Shown piece by piece: positions 35,700 through 47,150 of a DNA stretch of 64,000 nt (position 1 is its first letter; the number at the start of each line of letters is the position of its first letter). The position numbers and the translations under genes were made by a program. The notes beneath the pieces were generated by a model. The model saw only the letters and a list, made by a program, of their open reading frames with translations. It did not search any database and had not been told where the DNA came from. The DNA is taken from the NCBI GenBank assembly GCA_036172245.1, contig JAYWIR010000001.1, forward strand, positions 11,408,001 to 11,472,000, read 5' to 3'. Source of the stretch: Raillietiella orientalis (lineage: Eukaryota).

Positions 35700-38345
35700 T
35701 GTGGAAGGCCATTCTGCTGCTGGAGACGGAAGCAGCGGCGCCTACGGTTTGAAGGAAGCAACGTGAAGCATTGGGAGGGGCAAAACGCCTCTCGGCTGAG
35801 ACGTGGCCGACTTGCCGCATGGCCTGGTGGCATTCGAACCGTCTGACTTGGGCGGATCCCGTGCATCCTCGTCAGCGAAATCTCGCACAGACCTATCCTT
35901 TGGGCAGCGAGGGAGCTCGGTCTTGGCCCATTAACCTTGCCGGCTGCGTCGAGGAAAAGGAAATCTTCAGCTCTTCTTGTGCGTGGATCGTGCGCTGCTT
36001 GTGCGGCCACAGAAACTCCTTGGTTGGGTTGGAACTTCCCGATTCTTGCGAGAGGAAAGTCTTTACCGGGCAGGGCATCTTCTTGTCCCGTCCATCCTCT
36101 TCGTTTCCAGCGGGAGGTTCCTTCCTCCACAGGCTGTGTGACGTATCCCGCGCCCACAATGTGCCTGGGCGTGGGGTTGTCGTTGAGGAGCTTCTCCGCT
36201 CCTTCGTTCAGGAAGCGGAGAGCTTTCTCAGATCACTGACCTTAGCCGGGCGGGTCAGCACCGCCCATCACTGCGGGAGTGCGGTCAGGTGCATTTCGGC
36301 GGCATGTGTTTGATGGGCATTTCGCCCTATGTGGTGCGGACCCACGGGGTGCCTCTCGAACGAAGACTCCAGGAAGGGTGGTCCGGACGGCATTGTGAAA
36401 CCGAACCGTGCGCCGGGAGCCACGCAAGTGACCATCGGCTAGAGGTGGCGGGACTCACTGCTCAAGAAGCGACTCCAGCCGACGCGGAACTGCGGGCGTG
36501 CACAGCGAACAGGCACCAACTCCCATGCTCCGCTGTCGGGTCGGTCGCAGTGGATTCGCGCGGGAAGGCGAAGGCGCCCACGCGTGGGGGTGGGACGAGA
36601 AGCTCTTCCCTGCCTCGTGCCTGCGAGCGGGAGCGACGCATGCGCGCTCTCTTGCGACGCCGCTTCCCTTCCTCCCCTCCCCACCCTCACGCAGCCCCTG
36701 CTACAAGATCCTCTGTCGGCGGTGGACCACTCGTGCGGGTCCCTGCTCATCCCCCTTCGGGTTATATGGGCACATAAATCGCGGCTCTTCAGGAGGACAT
36801 GGAGCGCCGGCGGTCTCCAAGAACTGCGGTGAAGGCTGCCTTCAGCGCTCCTGCACCTCGAGGACGCCACCAAAGACTCGGCTAGCAGCCACTTCCTCCT
36901 GGAAGTGCCTGCACCGTCGTCCTGCCATCGTCGAGAGGAAGACCCAGGACCTCCTGAGGGAAGTTGTGATTCCGACTCGAAGACTTCTCTGCTCTGCCTG
37001 GGAAGGTGGACTGGGCCTCCTTACGCTGGAGAGCATGACGCGTCTGCTCCAGCTCAAAAGACTCTCCCTTTGAGTCCAAGCTGCGGGCCACACCTTGGTG
37101 CACTCTGGCACCAATCGTTGCCTAGCGAGCGACCGGTTGCGAGGGACTGACTACGGTCGTTGTGGCCACCGAGCGAAGTCGGATACATCTTGGCTCCCAG
37201 CTCCGACAAATGGTTGTCCTGGTCCGATGGAAACCCTGGATCTTCTGCCTTCCCGAGAACGAGACTGCCTGCCTGCGGGAGTCCGTTTCGGCGTGGCGCA
37301 AAAATCAACGGCACGAGCGAGGGAGCAGAGTTCATCTGCCTGCACACCAGCAGATGCGCTCGTATGCTGTTGAGGGAGATCCTGGACAACAGGAATCTGC
37401 TTGGGGCGTCGTTCATCCCCTTGCCTTAGTGCTGCTCTCCCTGAGAGGAACAAGGGACAGCGAGCGACCATCGATAAGATAGGAGGTGACGTGCACTATC
37501 GAAAATAGAAGAAAACATCTAAATATGCGGGAGCTAGCGGACGCTGCTACCACGAGTGTCCCTTTAAAAGGGCTGCTATGCTGGGGAGGGCTGCTAAGAA
37601 CTCCTCCGGAGGTGGTGAAGTGGCCCCCAGTGTGTCGAAACAGTGCAACCCACTCCCTTAAGTGGCAGTTGTCGGCGATCCTTCTATTGCATTGGGACCT
37701 CCCGTGCAATGCCCGCTGACATCATTGGACCCGGGGGAAGAGGTGATAGCAACTGCGGCAGGTGCGGCGAAAGAGAGAGTCTCTCCTAAACCTGCTCGTG
37801 GATTGTGTGTCCTCCGCTCCCTATGGTAACGCTTTGACGCGTTCCTGAGGATTCCCGAAGGCAACTCAAGAGCTCTTCTGAAGCGCCTCTTCCAGCGCGA
37901 TGCCATTACGACGGCCGCATCCCCAGCAGCACTTTGCTGCCTGCGCGGCGGGACCATGGCTGCATGGAGCAAAGCTAGAGGAGGAGGCCAGGACGACAAG
38001 GACGACATCCATTTTGCTGTCGTCTTCATGAGGATGGCGTCGGCCTCATTTGGGTATCGTAAAACAGGAACTTGCCGACATCCTTACAAGGATGCAGAGG
38101 ACGCCCTCCAGCATCCGGTGATCGCTTCCCGAATCCTCCCAACTTTTTTTTGTATATATTTTTTTGTTTCATTTTTCTGTTTTGTTTGTCCCTCTTCCCT
38201 CTGCTGCCCAAGCCGAACCTCTCTGGCCTACGTGCCGGTACTCGGCAGGTTGCCTTGATTACATTTGTAACTTGACAGAACCAAGCGTCCTGCCACTGAC
38301 CGGTGTTTATTTTTTATATAAATAAACGCCCCGGTGCAACCGGCT
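35700..38345 (+). mobile_element. Decayed L1/Tx1-like LINE, copy A (internally deleted)
   Basis: IAALQED (APE LQET-like, 36778-36798); RT region KINGTSEGAEF (~37300); zf-RVT-like ESLLNLLVDC (~37777); C-terminus LADILTRMQ...*; family 3' end at 38200-38343. The 5' boundary is uncertain. Confidence 0.6.
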
Positions 38346-38399
38346 CTCAAACCAAGGGCCTGCTGCGGCGATTCTTCGCGCGAGAACTCTTTGCTGGCG

Positions 38400-41360
38400 C
38401 GGCGATGACGACGGTAAACGGTTGCATCCCGCCATGCGCTGGAGTCTCGGGAGGCGAAGGGAGATCAGAAGCCTCCTGCAGGAGGACCATCCTCGCCTGG
38501 AGGAGGAATTCGGGCGCCGGTGCTGAGCAAGAAGGAGCAGTTCCTTCCAAGGAACCCCTGTTACCAGGCTCCCTTCATTTCTTTCTTCTCCTCTTCCCCT
38601 TCCCCTCCCGCTCGGCAACCGACCCGCGTGTCATTGAAGCTCCCTCGTGGACATCTCTTCGCTGCTTTTGTCTCGGAAGTTGCGTTCCCGGCGACCTCGT
38701 GTGGCTTTTTTTTTTTTTTTTTGCCTGCCAGAACGCCCGGGGTGACCCTGTGAAGACGGGGGGATGCCGGGCTGACGTTGGAGAGGACGGAGCTGCAGCT
38801 CCGCTCCGGCGGATTCGCCCTGATGGCGACGGCCTGGAACCGGAAGTGACGTCTCCCCACTCGCCCTCATCCTTCGGTGGTCGATCGGTCGCGAGGGTTT
38901 CGCGTCGCCGTATCCTGGCAACTGGAGATGGGTGGGGATGCTCTTGGGCTTTTCCCTCGGAGCAGGTTCTCCCCGCCGGAAGGCAACGAGAGGAGCTCAT
39001 CCTGCCATACTCTGAAATCCCACCCTCGGCGGCGGGAGTACGCGGGCGGCTTCGTGGCGCGCCCGGCCAGCGTCAGTCCGGAAGACCTCGTCCCAGTTCG
39101 GCAGGACATCAGTGCGAGGGTAGACCCCGCCACTCCTTCGGCTGCAGCTCTGCCTTCTCCACGGGAAGACGGTTGCGACCGCCCACCTACGAGGTGTTCC
39201 TGCGCGATCGCACGAATGGAGAGGCTCCCGGGCGGATACTGGTCTTCGTGTCTCCACCCAGAACCGGGCAGCCCCTCCCCTGTGCCTGGACATTTCCGTG
39301 CTCCCCCTCGGGAGGCAGCGCGACACGGCGCTCCTCCTGGGGTCTCCCTGGAATGGGCGCCGCCGGTACCCACATCGCGACGGCGGATCGTCTTCCCGGA
39401 GTTGATGGGCTCTGGGGCCACCGTCAGCGGCTGCGGGAGCGGCTGGATCCTGTTCTCCTGCTGCATCTGGCGGAGCACCAGCTAACTGCTGCGCGTAATC
39501 GCTTCCTCGCTCGCGAGGGGTCCCTCGCCCGCCTCCGCTGTGGCGACCTTGGCTCAGGGTCCGCATTCTCGCTGCTCGCCCAGAGCTGCGTCAGTGGCGG
39601 CGTCAAGAAGCCATCTGCACCGCCGCAACCTTCCCAACGAGAGAGGCTTGCCGGCGACCCTATCGGAGGACCAGCTCGAGAGAGGAGGAGCCACCCAACG
39701 CGGTCCTCGCTGGAAACCGCGTGACTCCGGTCTCCGCGCGTGTGGGTTCTAATCCCTCCTGGGGAATAATCGACGCCAAGAAAGGGTACAGGACGTCATG
39801 GGTTTCGAATCCCCACCCCGCAAGATGACGCTGGTCGGCCTACAGGCTTCGGGATGCCCGTTGACATGGTAGGAATTGGAGGTTGATCTTTCGGGTTCTT
39901 CCAGGACACAAAGGAGCCCTTCAGGATTCCCCCCTTCTTGAATTGAAAAGTGACACGCACCCTCTGATGGTGTGGACAGTCTTTAAAGACCTTAGTGCCC
40001 CTGAAAGAATGCAAGCGGTTCTTCAGCACTTGGCGAACCAAAAAGAAGAAGAAAAAGGCTGGAAGGAAAGCAGCGGAGAAATCCCAAAGGATTTCCGTCA
40101 TCTCAGGTAGCGAGAGTCCTGGATTCTGCTCTCACCAGGGAGGGAAGGGTCACCAAGGATCAGACGCTCCTGGAGCCCTTGCGATCACAGTCCATCTGCG
40201 CAAAGCTTTCGACTGCGTCAATCCGGAATTCCTTCTGGAACTCCTGGAACGCATGGGATTCCCGGCCGTCTTCCTGGCCTATCTGCGCTCCTGCTGGCAC
40301 AACGCGCTCATCAATATTTGTTTCAGAGGTTGGCACGCGTATGACGTGCCTGTTCGCCACGGTGTAAGGCAGGGTGCACCCCCTGTCGTGCTGAGAGCAC
40401 ACAGGGAGACTCTAGCAACCCTACCGAGCTCTCACCTGGGTACACCCGCCGTGTACAGACGATCTTCTGCTGCTCCTCCTCGGGTCCACCCGGCTTCTGC
40501 ACTCGAGCGCTTCTTCGAGCTGCTACGCCACGGGACGGGACCTTGAGGTGAACAGGACGAAGTCGGCTATAGTGCCTGTCGATGCGACGTGAAACTCGGA
40601 AAGTGACGGCCGCTGAGACCCCGAGTGTCCCATCCCACGGAATTGTGCGCTGAAGAGAGCTGCTCGGCATTCCTACGAAGGGCTCCCTGAATTCTGGAAC
40701 AATGCAAACCTCCCCCTCGAGTAACGGGAGTCACGTTGCTGGCATCGCATGGGGGAATCCCCTGCAAAGCGCGTCTTCACCACTGAACACGATGGAGGGA
40801 GAGTCCTGAGTGGGACAGGTGCGGGAAGAAGGGGACCCTCCTGCACCTGCTGTTGGACCGTACTACCCTTCTACGCCTTTGGGATCGCCTCGCACGATCC
40901 TAGGAATTCGCCGGGCGGCCCCAGGGGCATTTTCGGACGCCTTTTTGCGCGCGGTACCACATTGCTGCTAGCCACTTCCCTCGTAGTGCTCTTGCTGCTG
41001 TCTCTGCGGAATCACCACGGCCTGGAACGCGGGAAGAAGAGGCCGAGATGTCAGAGACGCCATTCACTGGTCAGGAATCTTCCTGAGGACAGCCTCGATC
41101 CTGAACAGGATGCCGGAGATGTCTGGCAGTGCACCGTGATCCCTTCTTTGAATCCCGCTCTCCCCGGGTATGAATCCCCCTCCCCCGTTTTGTTTGTTTA
41201 ATTTTTGTTTTTGTTTCCCCTTCCCCCACGCTGACGAAGCACTTGCCCGTTGGTCTGCGTACCGGTCCTCGGCAGGTTCATTGCGCGTGGTAGAACCGTT
41301 GGTTCTACCACAACATATTTTTTTTAATACCCAAGTAATAAATGCCTCGCCATAACCGGT
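38400..41360 (+). mobile_element. Decayed L1/Tx1-like LINE ORF2 (APE-RT-zinc finger), copy B
   Basis: APE: MTTVNG (38405), LLQEDH (~38475), MGGD (~38928), SARVD (~39112). RT: LRKAFDCV (KAFD 40202-40213) and HGVRQGAP (40358-40381). zf: TLLHLLLD..LW (~40835). Family 3' end at 41230-41359. Many frameshifts. Confidence 0.82.
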
Positions 41361-41369
41361 TGATAATAA

Positions 41370-41900
41370 TCATCCAGGTCGCATAGCAACGATTTTCCTG
41401 TGAAGTCGCTTCCGCGAGGACTACAGCGCTGGGGCAAGCTGCTCGGGATTCCTCGTGGAGATCTGGAGTGGCTCCAGGTGTTTGTGGACAGTGACACCCT
41501 CCTCCTGAAGTGGCAGCGTCGGCACTTCTGCTGCTGCCGCACTAAGGTCTTCCCTGCATCGCACCCCGGCACCACTGGACGCTGAGGAGGGCGATCCCGG
41601 ACTGTCGCAGGTGCGAGGCGGAACGGGAATCTCCCCCGAGCCTGTTCGTGGACTGTGTCGTCCTCCGGCCCCATGGGAACCTTTGCAACGACCTTCCGCT
41701 TCCTAGTTGGCACCCCCAGGGACGTCTTACGGCTCCCCTTCGTGCGGGACGTCCCGCAGCCAGTCGCAGCCCCAGCAGCGCTATGCTGCATCCGCGAGAT
41801 TGCAGTGGCCTGGAGCGAAGCTGACAGAGGAGGAAACGAGAGGGATGCCACCCAGCTCGCTAAGTCCCCCAAGAGTCGTCTCGTGCCTCGGCGCACACGT
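41370..41900 (+). mobile_element. LINE ORF2 C-terminal fragment, same family
   Basis: ggaatctcccccgagcctgttcgtggactgtgtcgtcctccggccc (ESPPSLFVDCVVLRP), homologous to ~45888 and ~37777. Confidence 0.55.
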
Positions 41901-42450
41901 GGCTCTTAAACACTGCTCGACGCCACCCGCGAAGGGTGCGCAGTAGTTCTTCAAGATAGGGGGTACTCCGGGAGGGGTCCTCCCTATGAATTCAGGAAGG
42001 GCTCAGAGTTCGTTCCTCTCACGCCTGGGAAGGGATCCTCCCTGAAAAGGGGAGGGATCACATCTCTGCCCTGGTTGTCTCCGAAGGGAATCTTTTTCGT
42101 TATTCTCTCCGGAGGGATCCCCTCAGGGCTCCGCTCCATTTTTTCTTCTCCGGAAGGAACCTGCAAGGGAACCTCTCCTGTTCACTCCTCTGAAGGCAAC
42201 CTCCAAAGGATGCTTCCGAAATCCAGAAGGAGAGCTGCTTCCCCGAAAGGATCGCTCTCACTTCTTTGCACTCTCTGGAGAAGTGGAGACACACCTGCTC
42301 CACATCACTACGACTCGGAGGATTCCCCCCCGGAGTCGGAGGGCACGCTCCTTCAACACCTGGAGGTCGCATTGTGCCGCGGTCGGACTCAAACGTGTAT
42401 TGATAGCGCTCCCGACTCCCGACTTTACTTGGTGTTGTCGCGTTGCTTCA
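41900..42450 (-). mobile_element. LINE EN-RT linker module fragment
   Basis: Aligns with 54225-54500 and 50370-50470 (e.g. gaagg.aacc.gcaaggg..cc.ctcctgtt.actcctctgaagg). Confidence 0.6.
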
Positions 42451-42629
42451 GTGGTGGAGGGAAGGCAGAAATGCCTGAATCCACCACGAAAAAGTGTCAG
42501 AAAAAAGTGTCAGGGGGGCATCGGAAGGTCGTCCTCCATACCCATGGAGGTGTGGACATCCGCTTCCGAAGCTTCATCCTTCGCGCCGGCGATAAAATAT
42601 AGCGCCGTGGTCGCCACGCCCTCTGCAGC

Positions 42630-45250
42630 GGCCATGGCCTAGACCGAGACCTATAAGGATACAACCCTAGCCTACTCTACAATGTAGGCAGGATTTTCGA
42701 TGATCTCACTGCGCGTTCCTTCGAGGAGGAGGTGTGCAGGTTGAACGTGAGGAAGAAAGACCTGACGGGACTCACGAGCACAAGCGGGGGTCAGCACGTA
42801 GAGCTGACAATCCTGCAAGGAGGAGGGTCTAGCACAAAGACTGCTGCGAACCCCCGTGAAGATCGAGGGCCACCAGGACTTTCCCGTTCAAGTGGACGAA
42901 TCCATCGTGGTCCACCTAAGGGGCATTACCGCACGGATGCTACCGAGAGCCGTACGGGAAGAACTCAGAAAATTCGACACCGTCCACGCGTCATGGGCAA
43001 AGCCCAACAGATTTCGCGTATTTGACAGGATCCTTAGCGGCTCGGCGCGGTGCGCATCACGGTGGGAAAGGACGTAGGGCTTCCCCATAAACTGGTGGTC
43101 GGTGGAGAAATCGCTCGGTGAACCATCGACCTCTGGTACTTGGGAAGCCCGAGTACTGCAACAGTTGCGAGGCCATAGGGCACCTCAGAAAAAGATGCCT
43201 CAACATCGCATGCCGCCAGTGCGATACGAAGGGGCACACGGAAGAAGTGTGCCCCAAAAAGGTTCCGCGTGGTCCGGCTGCTACGAGCAGCAAAACAAGC
43301 GCGGATGCGGAAAAAACTGGCAAAGCCAGGTCAAACAACAATAGAAAGGCTGACCTGAAGCCAGCCGAAAAGGCCAAGGCGATCACTTCGCCTGTGGAAA
43401 CGCAGGCAGCCGAGGTGGAAGGAGTGGGACCTGGCTGGCAAATGGTCAACCACAAAAGAAAAATAAGAAAAAAAATAAATCAATTTCGAAAGAAACCGCC
43501 AAAAGCGCGATTTCGGAATGTAAAACATGCACGCTTAACCTGCAACACATTCCCTTCGCCGCGGAGCCGTGAAAAATGGACGTTGCAGTGTGCAACAACG
43601 CCGACAGCACTGCAGCAGTGAAAAGCCAGCGAGGGTTGCGGCGAGAAGGAGAGCAGCGAGGACGAGGTCTTCGCCAAAGAAGCGGAGGAGTTGGTTGCCA
43701 TGCTACGGCAGTCCGCCAAGGCAGCCAAGAAGGCCGACAGATGTCCAATTCCCAAGAAGGGGTCCAAAACCTCGGACTCCAACCCAGTAGTGGGAAGCTC
43801 ACCATCCGAGTCTGCATCCATGCAGAAGCCTGGACGGAAGTTCAGGAATCCCGGGAGGATCTTTCGAGGGAGAAAATCCTCCGGAAATGAGGGTGCAGAG
43901 AAAGTGGGAGCACACGACTCGTCTCCTGATACTCTCCCACGCTCAGATGCAGAAGAGCCTATGGAGGCGGATGGCGTCGACGAGGTGCCCTCAGCCGCAG
44001 AGGACCCAAACAGCACCCCTACCGAACCGGAGGCAGGAGCCGCAGCATCACTTTCCCAGTAGTAATACCGGGACTCGCCACCTGCCGTCGACTACGCGTT
44101 GCTAGCAGGAACGTGAACGGGCTACGCAACGACGGCAGGAGACGAGTCAGCCGAAGGGTTGCAGGGCAGCAGCTCTGCAACCCTTCGGCCTCGTGCTACT
44201 GCAGAAGATCCGTCAGATCTCGGCAGAATACGCGCGTGAGATCGGGAGGATAGCGGGTGGTCAGCTCCTGTGTCGTTGCAAATCACGCCGGTCGTGAGGA
44301 GTCGCCTTCCTGCTCAAGCCTGCCCTTCAGCGCGCGGTGCAAAGCGTACGCTCGACGAGGCAGATCGGGTGGTTCAAATCATCTTCAGGTGGAGCGACTC
44401 GATCGACCTCGTTGTTACGATCACCGAGCGGTGGCTGCGTGCGCAAGGCACATCTGATAGCCAGCGATTTCAACATTCGTCTGCTGTCAGGTGTGGCGAA
44501 GATAAAGACCACCCTGGTTAACGAGATGTGTGCTGTGACGCAAGCGTTCAACTTGTCAGCTGGGGAGCCCGGGATGGAGGGTAGCGTGTTCCACGTCTTC
44601 CTCGACAAGCGTCTGCGCTCCCACTGGGGAGGAGAGGAAAGATGCCTTCCACGCTCTCTGAACACTTCCGGATGGAACTTGAAATTCGTCCGCGTGACAG
44701 GGAAGCTCTTCTCGCAGGTATGACGACTTTCAAGGGAATGACTCAACATGCCAGGTGCAGCGGAACACCTCTGCGCGTTCCTGCAAGGTTGCAGTGGGCC
44801 GACGCTCGACAGCTGCGATGATTTGAAAGTCTCAGTCCGAGAGAGTTCTGCGAGCATTTCCCCCTGGACCTCACCCCAAGAGGATTCTGCGTCGCCACCC
44901 GGTCACGCTGGGGCGTTTATTAAAGAAAACAGTCAGTGGCCAGATGGCCCCACCAGGGCAGACCTAGCTGGCATCCTGGAAAGGATGCAGACTCCCTTCA
45001 GCGGACTATGATCCCCTCCCGGCCCTCCATAGTGTTTTTATTTATTTTTTTATTTTATTTTTCTTTCTTGTGCCCTCCCCCCCCATCCTCCTTGGCTGCC
45101 GAGGTGAGTCCGGCCGGTCTGCCTAGCGGCTACCCGGCAGGTCGATTGCAGAATCGGTTGTGTGTGAGTATGTGGGAGGATGGGGACTACGTGCCCCACC
45201 ACGAAAGTTGTAGGTTCATTGTTCTTTCAATAAACTCCCCCGCGTGACCG
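42630..45250 (+). mobile_element. Decayed L1/Tx1-like LINE, copy C: ORF1 with two CCHC knuckles, start of APE, deleted ORF2, 3' end
   Basis: CNSCEAIGHLRKRC and CRQCDTKGHTEEVC (43157-43252); APE start LRVASRNVNGLRN (~44092-44130) then LVLLQK; C-terminus DLAGILERMQTPFSGL*; family 3' end at 45095-45250. Confidence 0.82.
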
Positions 45251-46590
45251 TGTGGCAGCTCCGACGTGCGACGGCGCGAGGCAGAGGGCAGCTGGACGCT
45301 CGCTGCATGGACGGACCCCGATCGGGATCGTTGCGTCCGCGACCTGGGAGCGGTCTCCTGGAGGGTGCGCCGCTGGTCCGGAGGAAGATGAGCTCCGCCT
45401 CTCCCCACCTCCCAAATCGGAAAACTCGCCCTTGAGGCGAAGTTCTGGATAACGCCGTGGTGCGAACCCGCACGCCTTCTCGTCAGCAGAGCGACCGGCT
45501 GAGAAGGATTGACTTCGATCCTCGTGGCCTACGACCGCAGCCTGAGGCACTGTGGCCATCAGCTGCGCCAGATGGTTGCCCTGGGGAAGGAGAACACGTG
45601 GATCTCCTGCCTCCCCGCGAACTGCACTGCCTGGCTTGAGGAGTCAGTTTCCACGTGGAAGATCAACGGCTCGAGCGAGGCAGAATACTGCTGCCTCCGG
45701 AGAGGAAGATGCGCTGGACAGCCCCTGCAGGAGATCGTCATCAACCCATGCAAACTGGAAAAAAAAAAAAACATGCAAACTGATGTGGGCTTCGTTTACT
45801 CCTCTTGCCCCAGTGCTGACCTCCCTGGTGAACGCTTGGGACGGCAACGAACCGACAATGTGAGAAGTCTCCTGGGGCGGGGAAAGGGAATCCCTCCCCA
45901 CCTGTTAGTGGACTGAGTTGCCCTCCGGCCCTTTAGAAACGTTTCTCAATGACCCTCCGGATCCCGGTTGGCAGCTCCTCCCAGGGATGTTCTACGGCTT
46001 CTCTTTGTGCGGGACACCCTGCAACCAGCTTCAACCCTGGCAGCACTTTGAGGGATTGTGGCTGCGTGGAGCGACGGCAACGGAAGAAGCAACCAAAGGG
46101 ACGCCATCGAACTTACAGTCCGCTTCCTGCGGATTGTTACCAGGTGGCCCCACCTGGGAAGCATACTGATGGACCTCGACGGCATCCTGCAAAGAATGGA
46201 CCCCCCTCCCAGCGGACAGTGATCCCTTTCCCTCCCTCCAAAGTGGTTCTTTATTTTCTTTTTCATTTTGTTTTCTCCCCATCCCCCTCCGCTGCCGAGG
46301 AAAGTCGGGTTGGTCTGCGCACCGGGGACCCGGCAGGTCCCATGATGTGTTGGCCGTAGTGGGACCTTGTACCACGAACGTATAGAAGAGTTTTAAATCA
46401 ACGCCCCTGGGTTACCGGGTGGCAGCGCCGCCTCTGGAGCGGAACTCACCGGTCTGCGTACCCGTTTAGGGCAAGTCCACCGAGCGTGGTAGAACCACGT
46501 GTTCTACCAAGTAACGTACATTAGTGACGACTTTATTGTGAAATTTTTGTATAAAAACTTTAATAGCAAATACCCCGGCGAATCCGGGTG
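45250..46590 (+). mobile_element. Two further head-to-tail 5'-truncated copies (D 45250-46420; E 46420-46590)
   Basis: RT-like STWKINGSSE...RRG...GQPL (~45650-45725); ESLPHLLVD (~45888); DLDGILQRMDPPPSGQ*; 3' motifs at 46291-46419 and again at 46451-46588. Confidence 0.72.
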
Positions 46591-46699
46591 ACAAATATCC
46601 CGGGAATGGACTTCGCCACTTCCTGAAAAACGCACGTCCATGGAGTGTTGGAAACGGCGGGAAATCGAAATGCCAAATTTCTGTTTTCATTCGTTCCTT

Positions 46700-47150
46700 T
46701 CTCTTTTCACACCATTTTTACTCCTCTCCATTCGTTTTCATCCATCATTATTTCATATTTATGCACTCATTTCACAGTTATTTATTATATGTATGAATAT
46801 GCGGTAACGCGCATAATAGACGTGTATATTTATTATCCTGTTCGCCACATACATTAGTAACACGCATTAATACGTATTATTAATAGACATTAATATATAC
46901 ACGTGCATATTTATTCATAATATATTCATACTATATATATTATTGCTCCACTATATCATTATCAACAAGCATGTATCTTAAGATGTGCATGTAAATAGAA
47001 AAATATAATAAACATATGCATTGATTTTTAATAATCTTTATAATACACAATCTTGATGCTCAAATACATGATAAGCATCTATATTTATTTTTTATCATCT
47101 TTATAATATACACATCAATTTATATATCAATATATATAATAAGCATATGT
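46700..47150. repeat. Extremely AT-rich low-complexity island inside the GC-rich TE cluster
   Basis: TA/ATT-rich sequence with abrupt borders; it separates convergent + and - strand LINE 3' ends. Confidence 0.8.

Noticed and set aside
38303-39724. 473-aa ORF as a novel gene
   Set aside because: GC-rich chance read-through of a frameshifted LINE endonuclease/linker; APE motifs are scattered over several frames.
46336-46366. HDV-like ribozyme (GGTCCCA...TGGGACC resembles P2)
   Set aside because: The loop is too short to hold P3, P1' and P4; it is a simple hairpin seen in one copy only.
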